Made by a program: the position numbers and the translations under genes. A stretch of DNA of 64,000 bases, taken from Gemmatimonadota bacterium (GTDB lineage Bacteria; Gemmatimonadota; Gemmatimonadetes; Longimicrobiales; Gaopeijiaceae). Shown here in pieces: positions 9,302 to 18,318 of the stretch; the stretch's first letter is position 1, and each line of letters starts with the position of its first letter. Under the pieces are notes generated by a model, which ran no database searches, was not told where the DNA came from, and saw only the letters and a list, made by a program, of their open reading frames with translations. The DNA lies in assembly GCA_039589315.1 (NCBI GenBank), contig JBDHHQ010000021.1, positions 44,145 to 108,144 of the forward strand. Direction: 5' to 3'.

Positions 9302-10126
9302 GTGCGACTCGATAGACCAGAGACCGCGGCGGCTCCGAGCCGAGGTGTCCCGCGACGACGCTTCCTCGTGGACGTGTCGGCTGCGGCGGGGCTGCTGACG
9401 TGGGGAGTGGCAAGCGCCAGAAGGCTCGGCGCCGCCCCCGTGCCGCCGGATGCCGACACCCGGATCCCGCACTCCGAGTCCCGGGCCCAGGAAGCCAGCT
9501 CCGGGATCGTCCTCCCCCAGTCCGGGGCGCAGGAAGCCAGTGCCCGGATCGTGCTCCCCGAACCGGGGCCCATGCTCCCACCCGTCCCCGCCGTGCTCCT
9601 CACGGTGCGAGGTAAGGACGAGGACCCGCACCACATTTCGGTAGTCTGGACGTTCGTCGTCAACGGCGACCCGCCCCAGATCGGCATCGCCCCCGGACAC
9701 GAGCATGTGGCCGGAGAGCTCGTGGACCTGCATGGCGAGTTCGTGCTCAATGTGCCGACAACCAGGATGGTGGAGGGCTTCGACCGCGTGGACATGACCT
9801 CGTCCCGTGTGGGCGACAAGTTCACGCTGTCGGGCTTCACGGCGGGTCAGGCGGTCGCCGTGGATGCCCCCACCGTCGAGGAGTCCCCGATCCACGTGGA
9901 GTGCCGCGTGTTCGACCGCCACGAAGTGCCCCCCAGCCGTACCCTGTTCCTGGCCGACGTCGTCGCAACCACGGTTCACGAGGGTGCTTGCGACGAGAAC
10001 GGTCGCCTGATCGTGGAGAACGTGCCGTTCTTCGGCATGACCGCCGGCAGTGGCGAGTTCTACACGGTGGGCACGCGGGTGGGGAACATCGGCATGACCA
10101 TGGGTCGCTCGGACATCAAGTACTGA
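9302..10126 (+). CDS. Flavin reductase-like (DIM6/NTAB, flavoredoxin) protein with twin-arginine leader
   Basis: AAAGGA upstream of GTG 9302; PRRRFL leader; GEFVLNVP, DKFTLSG, APTVEESPIHVECRV. Confidence 0.75.
   Translation: MRLDRPETAAAPSRGVPRRRFLVDVSAAAGLLTWGVASARRLGAAPVPPDADTRIPHSESRAQEASSGIVLPQSGAQEASARIVLPEPGPMLPPVPAVLLTVRGKDEDPHHISVVWTFVVNGDPPQIGIAPGHEHVAGELVDLHGEFVLNVPTTRMVEGFDRVDMTSSRVGDKFTLSGFTAGQAVAVDAPTVEESPIHVECRVFDRHEVPPSRTLFLADVVATTVHEGACDENGRLIVENVPFFGMTAGSGEFYTVGTRVGNIGMTMGRSDIKY
9477..9560 (+). repeat. Two 42-bp in-frame tandem repeats in the flavin-reductase linker
   Basis: agtcccgggcccaggaagccagctccgggatcgtcctccccc / agtccggggcgcaggaagccagtgcccggatcgtgctccccg. Confidence 0.85.
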
Positions 10127-10147
10127 GCCAGACTGGCCTCGGCCGTC

Positions 10148-11911
10148 ATGACGCTGCTCTTTCGCCGTCTCGTCCTGATCTTCGTGGCACTGTCCGCCAC
10201 TGGCGCTTTGGTTTGGGTGGGCATGACGGTCGTCGCCGAGCAGCTGATCGACGCCGAGCTGCTGGAGCAGGTCTTGAACGGCGCCGTGGGTCCCGCCACG
10301 GACGGCCGGTACCGCGTCCAGGTCGATCACGTCGACGTGGCGCCGTGGAAGGGCGACCTGACGGTGAACGGGATCCGCCTGCGACCCCAGGACTTCGGCA
10401 CCAACGATCCGGACCCCGGTTTGGCACCCGCGCTCCGCTTTTCGATGGACGTGGGCACCGTGTCCTTCGAGGGGGTGCAGATCGGTAGGCTGATCCTGGA
10501 CCGGGACCTGGAGGCGGACGCGTTCACCATCCGGGCACCCCGCGTCGCTGTGATCCTCGTGGAGCGGGAGATCCCCCCGGTCATGGATGGAGCCGGCACG
10601 ACGCCGGGTGATGAAGCTCGTGTCGAGGCACGCGGCGGTGAGGCGGCCGCGCCCACGCCGGATTCGGCTGGCACCAGCCCGACGCTCCGTGAGGCCGTGG
10701 CTCAACAGCTGCGCCACATCCACGTTAGAACGGTGGCGATCGAAGACGTCGACGCGACGATCGTCACGCTTCGCCGCGGCGGGGCCGGTCGCGGGGAGGC
10801 GCCCCTGAGGGAACGCGTGAGAGGGCTGTCGCTGACCTTCGACGACTTCCGCATCGATCCGGGCGAAGCCGATTCCGAGGAGCGGTTTCTGTGGTCGGAG
10901 GATGTCCGGCTCGAGATGGACGCCATGGAGCTCAGCGGCGGTGAGCGAGCGGTGGTGAGCATCGGAGCCGTGTCCGCGTCGACCGCCGCGGGCTCGATCC
11001 ACGTCGAGTCCTTCGCGCTGGATCCGACGCGCGCGGAGGCCGAGTACCTGGCCGGACAGGGCCCCGGAGGCGATCGGGTCACCATGGCGACCGGCGCGGT
11101 GTCGGTGGAGGGACTCCAGTTCCATCGACTCACCCAGGACCTCGAAGCGGTGGCCCGGACGGTGCGGGTCGAGGGACTCACGCTGACGGTGCTGAGCGAC
11201 AAGCACCGGCCCGGCAGTCCTCGCACGAGCCCGCCCACCATGCCCCACGACGTCATGCGCGAGCTGCCCGTGGGCATCACGGTGGATACCGTGGAGATCG
11301 TGGACGGCTCCGTGACCTACTCGGAGCGAGGCCCACGGAGCCAGCGTCCGGGATCCGTCGCCTTCGCCGACGTCCAGGCCCGGCTCACCAACCTGACGAA
11401 CGACCCGGCCCGCATCGCGTCCGACGGGCCGACCATGCTGGAGGCCGAAGCCCGCGCGTTCGACGCCGCTCCGGTGAGCGTCCGTGCCTCCATCCCCCTG
11501 CTCGCCCCCCCCCCGACCATGTTCTTCTTCGCCAGCGTGGGGCGCTTTCCCGCCGGGGCGGTGAACGCGATCCTGCCGGACCTGGAGGGAATCCGCGTGA
11601 CGGCGGGCCGCGTCGACAGCGCCCGCGTGGACATCCGTTACCGGCCGGGCGGGGCTTCAGGTGCTGTCATGGTGGGATACGAGGATCTCTCGATCCGCCA
11701 GGAGGACCGGAACACCGGGAACCAGAACCTCGGGCAGAAGCTCACGAGCTTCCTGGCCAACACTTTCGTGATTCGCGGGAGCAACCGGCCGGACGACGGC
11801 AAGCCGCCGCGCCAGGGTCGGGTCGCCTACGAGGCTGATCCGAACGCACCCTTCTTCAAGATCTTCTGGGAAGCGATCCGCGAGGGTCTGATCGACGTGA
11901 CAAAGCGCTGA
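10148..11911 (+). CDS. AsmA/DUF748-like membrane-anchored beta-rich protein
   Basis: N-terminal TM anchor, alternating beta-strand pattern, C-terminal FLANTFVIRGSN...FFKIFWEAIREG. Confidence 0.6.
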   Translation: MTLLFRRLVLIFVALSATGALVWVGMTVVAEQLIDAELLEQVLNGAVGPATDGRYRVQVDHVDVAPWKGDLTVNGIRLRPQDFGTNDPDPGLAPALRFSMDVGTVSFEGVQIGRLILDRDLEADAFTIRAPRVAVILVEREIPPVMDGAGTTPGDEARVEARGGEAAAPTPDSAGTSPTLREAVAQQLRHIHVRTVAIEDVDATIVTLRRGGAGRGEAPLRERVRGLSLTFDDFRIDPGEADSEERFLWSEDVRLEMDAMELSGGERAVVSIGAVSASTAAGSIHVESFALDPTRAEAEYLAGQGPGGDRVTMATGAVSVEGLQFHRLTQDLEAVARTVRVEGLTLTVLSDKHRPGSPRTSPPTMPHDVMRELPVGITVDTVEIVDGSVTYSERGPRSQRPGSVAFADVQARLTNLTNDPARIASDGPTMLEAEARAFDAAPVSVRASIPLLAPPPTMFFFASVGRFPAGAVNAILPDLEGIRVTAGRVDSARVDIRYRPGGASGAVMVGYEDLSIRQEDRNTGNQNLGQKLTSFLANTFVIRGSNRPDDGKPPRQGRVAYEADPNAPFFKIFWEAIREGLIDVTKR

Positions 11912-11974
11912 CGCACGGCTTTCCCGGAACGGCCAGGGCCTCCCGCACGCGGTACGCCGCCGCAGTCCCGCAGG

Positions 11975-12658
11975 TCAGTACGGCACGTCGATCGCCCTGC
12001 AGATGAAGCGCACGAGGCTCCCGCCGGCCTTGAAGGTGGCCGCCAGCTCGTCCGCGAATCCCGCGCTGGTCACGGCCTTCTGGCTCAGCCGCGTGACGCC
12101 GATGAAGTCCTTGCGCCGGAGGTCGTCGATCAGGGGGTGCTCGGGATCGACTCCCTTGGGTGCGCGCTTGAGGGCGTCGCCTTCCAGGTCGTAGAGGTTA
12201 CGGAACCGCTTGCCCACGGCACGCTTCCAGGCGGTCGGGTCCTCTACGATGGCCTCCCGGATCTTGCGAAGCGTCGTCGAGTCGGGATGCCAGCTCCCCA
12301 CCCCGCAGAAGACCTGGCCAGGCTCGAGGTGCAGGTAGAATCCCGGCGCGTACGCGTCCTTGCCCAGCTCGTGACGGAACTGGATGCCCGTGTGGGTCTT
12401 GTAGGGGCTCTTGTCCTTCGAGAAGCGGGTGTCCCGGTGGATTCTGAACAACGATCCACCCACGGCCCGGGGATCCGCCCGGAAGTGGGGGCTGATCTTC
12501 TCGAGTCGGGGACCGAAATCGGCGATCAGCTTGAGCGCCGGGTCCTTCACGTGCTGTTCGTAGCGACTCTTGTTGTCCTGGAACCACTCCCGATTGTTGT
12601 TCTCCGCCAGCTCCTTCAAGAAGGTGAAGAGCGAGGGTGTGAAGTAACGTTCCGCCAT
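11975..12658 (-). CDS. DUF2461 (TIGR02453) family protein
   Basis: FLKELAENNNREWF, FRIHRDTRFSKDKSPYK, GFYLHLEP. Confidence 0.88.
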   Translation of the reverse strand: MAERYFTPSLFTFLKELAENNNREWFQDNKSRYEQHVKDPALKLIADFGPRLEKISPHFRADPRAVGGSLFRIHRDTRFSKDKSPYKTHTGIQFRHELGKDAYAPGFYLHLEPGQVFCGVGSWHPDSTTLRKIREAIVEDPTAWKRAVGKRFRNLYDLEGDALKRAPKGVDPEHPLIDDLRRKDFIGVTRLSQKAVTSAGFADELAATFKAGGSLVRFICRAIDVPY

Positions 12659-13010
12659 TGTTCCCTACCCGGTCAGAGGTCGGCCCCATTTAGGTCCGGC
12701 GCGTGAGGCAAGCAGCTCGGCGGGCGCGCCAGGACGGGATCATGCGACGTGGGCCCGGGCGACGCCAGGGCCGAAGGGGCGGTGTGAGATTCGATGCGTC
12801 GACGCCGTTCGCCGACTACCCACGGCTCTACCGTCGGGCCCGTATGGCAGATATTCGCGCTCCGCCCCGGGCACGACTGTGCAGAGAAGCGACGGAGCGT
12901 CTCCGGAGTGGACGCCGGACGGCGACCACGTCGTGGCGGAGCCCTCTCTCCCCTGCGTGGGGGCGGCCGTGAAACCCTCAGCAAACAGAGCCCGTAGGGC
13001 CAGTGTCACA

Positions 13011-13066
13011 ACTACTGGAGAATAGGACTAATCCGTCTCGATCAGTCCTGGAATATAGGACTGATC
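13011..13066 (+). promoter_or_regulatory. Tandem operator-like sites upstream of PadR-ADOP cassette 1
   Basis: Perfect inverted repeat GATCAGTCCT-N7-AGGACTGATC (13040-13066) plus an 18/23 direct copy 33 bp upstream. Confidence 0.6.
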
Positions 13067-13098
13067 AGCGGGCACCGACCCTCTACGGAGCGACGCAA

Positions 13099-13428
13099 AT
13101 GCGAAAGGGGCTGGGCGAGTTCGAGCACCTCCTGCTCCTGGCCGTGATGCGGTTGGGAGACGAAGCGTACGGGGTCACCATGCGCCGGGAGATCGAAGCC
13201 CGAACCGGACGCTCCGTTTCCCTCGGGGCCATCTACCCCTCCATGGACCGGCTCGAGGAGCGTGGGTTGGTGTCGTCCCGCATGGGGCCCCCCACGGGCG
13301 AGCGCGGCGGAAGGAGCCGGCGCTACTTCCGCCTGGAGCCCGCCGGCGAACGGGCGATTCGGGCTACGCGGGACATGCTCGCGTCCATGTGGGACGGCCA
13401 CGAGGCCTATCTGGGATCCGACCGGTGA
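13099..13428 (+). CDS. PadR family transcriptional regulator (acidobacterial type)
   Basis: LGEFEHLLLLAV..LGDEAYGV, SLGAIY...RLEERG, RGGRSRRYF. Confidence 0.9.
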   Translation: MRKGLGEFEHLLLLAVMRLGDEAYGVTMRREIEARTGRSVSLGAIYPSMDRLEERGLVSSRMGPPTGERGGRSRRYFRLEPAGERAIRATRDMLASMWDGHEAYLGSDR

Positions 13429-16151
13429 CACCCTTGGTGCCGAGCGCTCCGCCGCTCTGGCTTCGGATTCTGAGCTGGCTGCTTCCGCGGAGGCACCGCG
13501 AGCTGGTGCTGGGCGACCTCTACGAGGAGTACACCGAGCTGATCCGGCCACGACGGGGCGCGGTGCGGAGCCGGATCTGGCTGGTTCGCCAGGCCGTCGC
13601 GAGCGCCGGCTCGGGGCTCGCGCACCGAGTCTACGACCTCTTCCGCACCCCTCTCAGCCAACCCGGACCGGGCGGCCCCAAATCGCCTCGAGGCCAGATG
13701 GACATCCTGAATCAAGATCTCAAGTATGCCGTGCGCCGCCTCTTCGGCAGCCCAGGCTTCACCTTCGTAGCCATCCTGAGCCTGGCACTCGGGATCGGCG
13801 CCAACACGGCGCTGTTCACGGTCGTCAACCGGCTCATGCTCGAAGGTGTGGGCCTCTCCGACCCGGCCACCCTTGTCCAGATCTACACGAGCGAGGAGGA
13901 CGGCTATCCGTACTCCACGAGCTCATACCCCGACTACTTCGACCTCCGGGAACAGAACGAGGTCTTCGAGGACGTAGTGGCTCACGCCATGTTCTTCGCC
14001 CAGTCCGAGGTAGACGGCGGAGAGCCCATGCTCTCCATGGGCGAGGTAGTGAGCGGCAACTACTTCGACGTGCTGGGCATCCGGCCCGCGTTGGGCCGGG
14101 GCTTCCTCCCCGAGGAGGACGCGACCCCCGAGACCCACACCGTGGTGGTGATCGGCTTCGAGTACTGGCAGCGGGTGTTCGCCGGCGATCCGGCGGTGGT
14201 GGGTCGGACGCTACGGATCCTACGGCGGCCCTACACGATCGTCGGTGTGGCACCCGAGGGGTTCGGTGGCATGTGGCCCGGGATCGAGGTCGACATGTGG
14301 GTGCCGTCCATGATGACCGACCACGTCAACCGGGCGTTCGGCGGGACCCGGCTCGAGAATCGCGGGAGCCGTTCGCTCTTCCTGACCGCGAGGCTGGCAG
14401 CGGGCGTGACGCCGGACCAGGCAGCGGAGTACGTCGCGACCTTCTCCCGGGGCCTCGAGGGAGCCTACGCGGACACCAACGACGGCCGGATCATGACGGC
14501 CCTTCCAGCCGAGGACGTGGCCCTCCACCCATTCGTGGACCGGGCGCTCCTGCCCGTGGCGGGCCTCCTCTTCGCCGTCGTGGGGCTGGTCCTGTTGATC
14601 GCGTGCACCAACCTGGCCAGCTTCCTGCTGGCTCGCGGCGCGGACCGGAAGAAGGAGATCGCGGTGCGGCTGGCCCTGGGCGCGAGACGGTGGACGCTGA
14701 TCCGGCAGCTCATGACCGAGACGGTCGTGTTGGCTGTGCTCGGCGGTTTGGGCGGCCTGCTGCTGGCCCAGTGGACGCTCTCGCTGGTGGTGGGCTTCCA
14801 GCCGCCCATTCCGATCCCGATCAACCTGGATCTCAGCCCGGACGGAACGGTGCTCTGGTTCACGCTGTTGATCGCCGTCGCCGCCGGCATGCTGTTCGGC
14901 CTGGTGCCGGCGCTGCAATCCACCAGGCCCGACGTGGCGCCTACCCTGAGGGACGAGTCCGGTGCGGTGGCTGGCGGCCGTTCCCGGTGGAGCCTCCGGA
15001 ACGGCCTGGTCGTGGCGCAGGTGGGCTTGTCTTTCGTGCTGCTCATCGGAGCGGGACTGTTCGTCCGCAGCTTGCAAAAGGCCCAATCCATCGACCCCGG
15101 CTTCGACACGAGCGCCGCTGCCATGGTGTGGCCCAACATGGAGATGAGCTACATCACCGAGGAGGAGGGGGCCGTTCTGTGGGAGGAGCTGGTCCAACGA
15201 GCCGCAGCGCTGCCCGGTGTAACAGGCGTGACGCTGGCCGACCGCATCCCCCTCGGCTTCGCGGTGCAGACCACGAACCTGCTCCCGGACGGAGTCGCGC
15301 CACCCGAGGACCTGGACGCCTTCGCGGTAGATCACGCGGTCATCGACGAGCACTACTTCGAGGTCATGGCCGTGCCAGTCGTGGCGGGTCGCGGGTTCGC
15401 ACCCACCGACGTAGCCGAAAACGAGCCCGTTGTGGTCGTGAGCGCGGCCTTCGCCCGTCGGTTCTGGCCCGGAGAAGCGGCTCTCGGCAGGACCCTGAGT
15501 CGCCGGGATCGAGAGTACCGGGTGGTGGGCGTGGCGCGGGATACGAAGGTACGGACCCTGGGCGAGTCGCCCCGGCCCTACGTGTACTTCGCACACCGGC
15601 AGAACTACAGTCCGGTCCTCAACATCGTCGTTCACGGCATCCTCCCCGAACCCGAGCTCCTCGGGCAGCTGCAGACCATGGTGCGGGAGACCCGCTCGGA
15701 TCTGGTGGTGCTCAGTGCGTCGACCATGAGGGAGCACCTGGCGCTTCCGCTCTACGCCCCGCGCATGGCCGCCATGCTGCTGGGGGTCTTCGGTGGTCTG
15801 GCTCTCGTGCTGTCGGGAATCGGTCTGTATGGCGTCGTCAGCTACTCGGTGGCGCGGCGGACCCGTGAGGTGGGCATTCGGATGTCGCTCGGAGCCGACG
15901 CACGCAAGGTGGTTGGCATGGTGGTCGCCGGCGGCATGCGACTCGTCGCCGTAGGTGGGATTCTCGGCCTGATTCTGTCGGCGACGGTAACCTGGCTCCT
16001 GTCTCGCTTCCTCTACGGCATCAGCACGACGGACGTCGCCACCTTCGTGGCCATCCCGCTGGTCCTGACCGCAGTGGCCATGGTGGCGGCGTTCATCCCC
16101 GCCCGACGCGCGAGCCGGGTGAATCCGGTGGAGGCGCTCCGGACGGAGTGA
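13425..16151 (+). CDS. ADOP (duplicated MacB/FtsX orphan) ABC permease
   Basis: GTGA overlap with padR; LGDLYEEY prefix domain; QDLKYAVRRL..SPGF, LLIACTNLA, RRTREVGIRMSLGA, PARRASRVNP. Confidence 0.9.
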   Translation: MTPLVPSAPPLWLRILSWLLPRRHRELVLGDLYEEYTELIRPRRGAVRSRIWLVRQAVASAGSGLAHRVYDLFRTPLSQPGPGGPKSPRGQMDILNQDLKYAVRRLFGSPGFTFVAILSLALGIGANTALFTVVNRLMLEGVGLSDPATLVQIYTSEEDGYPYSTSSYPDYFDLREQNEVFEDVVAHAMFFAQSEVDGGEPMLSMGEVVSGNYFDVLGIRPALGRGFLPEEDATPETHTVVVIGFEYWQRVFAGDPAVVGRTLRILRRPYTIVGVAPEGFGGMWPGIEVDMWVPSMMTDHVNRAFGGTRLENRGSRSLFLTARLAAGVTPDQAAEYVATFSRGLEGAYADTNDGRIMTALPAEDVALHPFVDRALLPVAGLLFAVVGLVLLIACTNLASFLLARGADRKKEIAVRLALGARRWTLIRQLMTETVVLAVLGGLGGLLLAQWTLSLVVGFQPPIPIPINLDLSPDGTVLWFTLLIAVAAGMLFGLVPALQSTRPDVAPTLRDESGAVAGGRSRWSLRNGLVVAQVGLSFVLLIGAGLFVRSLQKAQSIDPGFDTSAAAMVWPNMEMSYITEEEGAVLWEELVQRAAALPGVTGVTLADRIPLGFAVQTTNLLPDGVAPPEDLDAFAVDHAVIDEHYFEVMAVPVVAGRGFAPTDVAENEPVVVVSAAFARRFWPGEAALGRTLSRRDREYRVVGVARDTKVRTLGESPRPYVYFAHRQNYSPVLNIVVHGILPEPELLGQLQTMVRETRSDLVVLSASTMREHLALPLYAPRMAAMLLGVFGGLALVLSGIGLYGVVSYSVARRTREVGIRMSLGADARKVVGMVVAGGMRLVAVGGILGLILSATVTWLLSRFLYGISTTDVATFVAIPLVLTAVAMVAAFIPARRASRVNPVEALRTE

Positions 16152-16244
16152 TTCGGGGGAGCCGGGGGGCCGCGTGGCACGGCCCCCCGGCCGGAGCGTC
16201 CAGGCTGTCGCGCCGTGAGGTCGAACGTTCGGGGACGCCTCGAC

Positions 16245-16778
16245 TCAGGCCATGCCCAGGAGCCGGGCGAAGATGGCGGCGATCCCCGCCATGAAGAGGG
16301 CTCCGACGAAGACGGCGGCCCAGCCCAGTCCCACGGTGGCAATGGCCTTGCCGGTGGAGAAGTCCAGGGCCTGGCGGACGGCGATCACACCGGCGATCAG
16401 CACCCAGATGCCCACGATGCCCCTGAGGAGGCCGTCGGGCACGAAGGGTACGATACCCAGGAAGAGCAGGACGTTGGGAGCCTGGGCGAAGCCCAGCGTG
16501 CGCAGGAGCTCTCCCCAATCAGCGGTTCCTTCGAACAGCCTCGAACCCACCAGATAGGTGATACCTGCCCAGATTCCCCAGCCGACCAGCACCCACCCGG
16601 ATTGAAAGACGGCCTCGAACAGGCCGACGTCGCTGGCGCCGATCCCGGAGGCCACAGCCCCCAGGAACACCACCAGGCCGGCCTGACCCGTCGCCGTCTG
16701 GTCGTGCTCGACTTCCTCATACGTTTGGATGTCGAGCATCGCCGCGCCCTTCATCCGGTCGATCAATCCCTGTGCCAT
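16245..16778 (-). CDS. YIP1-like membrane protein
   Basis: RMKGAAMLD..TYEEVEHD, LLRTLGFAQAP, AVRQALD. Confidence 0.7.
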   Translation of the reverse strand: MAQGLIDRMKGAAMLDIQTYEEVEHDQTATGQAGLVVFLGAVASGIGASDVGLFEAVFQSGWVLVGWGIWAGITYLVGSRLFEGTADWGELLRTLGFAQAPNVLLFLGIVPFVPDGLLRGIVGIWVLIAGVIAVRQALDFSTGKAIATVGLGWAAVFVGALFMAGIAAIFARLLGMA

Positions 16779-16827
16779 CGGTGCCTCCCAGGAGGTGGGT
16801 TCGGAGATCCGCTCATCGGGTCGTGCG

Positions 16828-17694
16828 TCAGCGCAGCCCCGTGTCACGCATCCATGCGTCTATCACGGACCCAATGTCCGCCGGCGGTTCGGAGCCGTCG
16901 GCGTCTCGTCGAGCGGCGTCCGTGATCACATGATACGTGAATGGCCTTCCAGGCGCCCGTAGCGCGTCGATGAGGGCCATCGTCTCCGCGGGGGCGCCCG
17001 GGCCCCATTCGCCCAACAACCAGAGCGCCGGAACGTCCAGCTCGGCCAGCTCCGACTCCGCGACGTCTCCGCCTTCGGGGACGATAGGAGTGCCGACCAT
17101 CACCACGAACGCGAGGTCGTCGGAGCGGGACGCGGCTTGCGACGCGACGGAGCCCCCCTCGCTCAGATCCAGGATTCCCAGGCGGGTCCAGCGAACGTCG
17201 GATTGCGCCCGGAGGAAGCCCAGCGCCGCCAGCGCGTTGTCGGTGAGCGTGGCGGTTGCGCGGTCACTCATGGCCGAGCCGCCGCCCTGATCCAGGACCG
17301 TCAGCGCCACGATACCGGCCCGGGCCAGAGCATCGCCGAGATCCCCGAGGTGGCTGGCGGCCTGCCCGGCGGTGGCCCCGACCACCGCCACGGCCGGGTG
17401 GGGTCCCGGTTCCGGAGGTACGTGCAGCACCCCGTCGAGTGGCGTGACCCCTCTGGCGAACGTCACCTCCTCGACCCGGGGGGGCAGCGGCGCCTGCGGT
17501 TCCAGGGTCGCTTCGCTGGACGCAGCGGGCTCATCGGGCAGGAAGATCCACAGGAACACGACCGGGATGGCTGCAACGGCCGCCACCACTCCGACCAGGA
17601 TCAGCCCACCTTTGAGAAGGCTCCCCAGCTTCCGGAGGAAGGGAGGTCCCCTGCGGGTGCGCTTCCGGTCCATGGGTGAGCGCGGTATGTCCAT
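16828..17694 (-). CDS. Membrane-anchored alpha/beta-hydrolase-fold protein, degenerate active site
   Basis: LDGVLHVP..PGPHPAV, LARAGIVAL..D, DNALAALGFLRAQ, LGILDLSEGG. Confidence 0.6.
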   Translation of the reverse strand: MDIPRSPMDRKRTRRGPPFLRKLGSLLKGGLILVGVVAAVAAIPVVFLWIFLPDEPAASSEATLEPQAPLPPRVEEVTFARGVTPLDGVLHVPPEPGPHPAVAVVGATAGQAASHLGDLGDALARAGIVALTVLDQGGGSAMSDRATATLTDNALAALGFLRAQSDVRWTRLGILDLSEGGSVASQAASRSDDLAFVVMVGTPIVPEGGDVAESELAELDVPALWLLGEWGPGAPAETMALIDALRAPGRPFTYHVITDAARRDADGSEPPADIGSVIDAWMRDTGLR

Positions 17695-17748
17695 TCCCAG
17701 CCTCTCCTCCGCGACGCCGGCAGTGACTGACGAGGCCCTCCGGCCAGG

Positions 17749-18123
17749 CTACTCCACCTGCCCGATCAGGCTCGATATGCGCTCCGGTCCGAGCCCCAAC
17801 CGGCTTCCCACCCGGATCAGCAGGATCTTCTCGTCGCGGTGCAGGGCGCGGTCAGCGATGGAGACGCACGCCGCCGCCCGCATGATCGCCTCCCGCTCCC
17901 CCTCGTCGAAGGCCTGGGCGGCTGTGACCAGAAGCTCGTCGAGGTCCGGCTGCTCGGCCTCGATGGCATCCATCTCCTGGTCGATGGCCGCCCGAGTCAA
18001 CGGTGCGCCGAACAGGCGCTGATGGACATCCGACATCATCTCGATCTCGGATGTGAGAACCCGGCGGTCGGCCATCATCATCAACACCATCACGCGGCGC
18101 ACGGTGGCGGAGAGGTCAGTCAT
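17749..18123 (-). CDS. TerB-like family protein
   Basis: MMMADRRV..SE and SIADRALHRDE..LL..V...LGL pattern. Confidence 0.65.
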   Translation of the reverse strand: MTDLSATVRRVMVLMMMADRRVLTSEIEMMSDVHQRLFGAPLTRAAIDQEMDAIEAEQPDLDELLVTAAQAFDEGEREAIMRAAACVSIADRALHRDEKILLIRVGSRLGLGPERISSLIGQVE

Positions 18124-18318
18124 GATACGCGGGTTCGAAGGAGGTCCGATGCTCCGCCAGTCTAACGGTTGCTCGCGGAGGGCCATCAGCCACAGGTTTA
18201 CCGTTCGCCCATCAACATGGACCCGGCTACGGACCTGGCAAAGCTCGAAGGAGAGTCGTTGCTCGACGAAAGAGGGGAGGGCAGGACCCTGCCGGGCCCC
18301 CATCGAAGACGAACGAGC

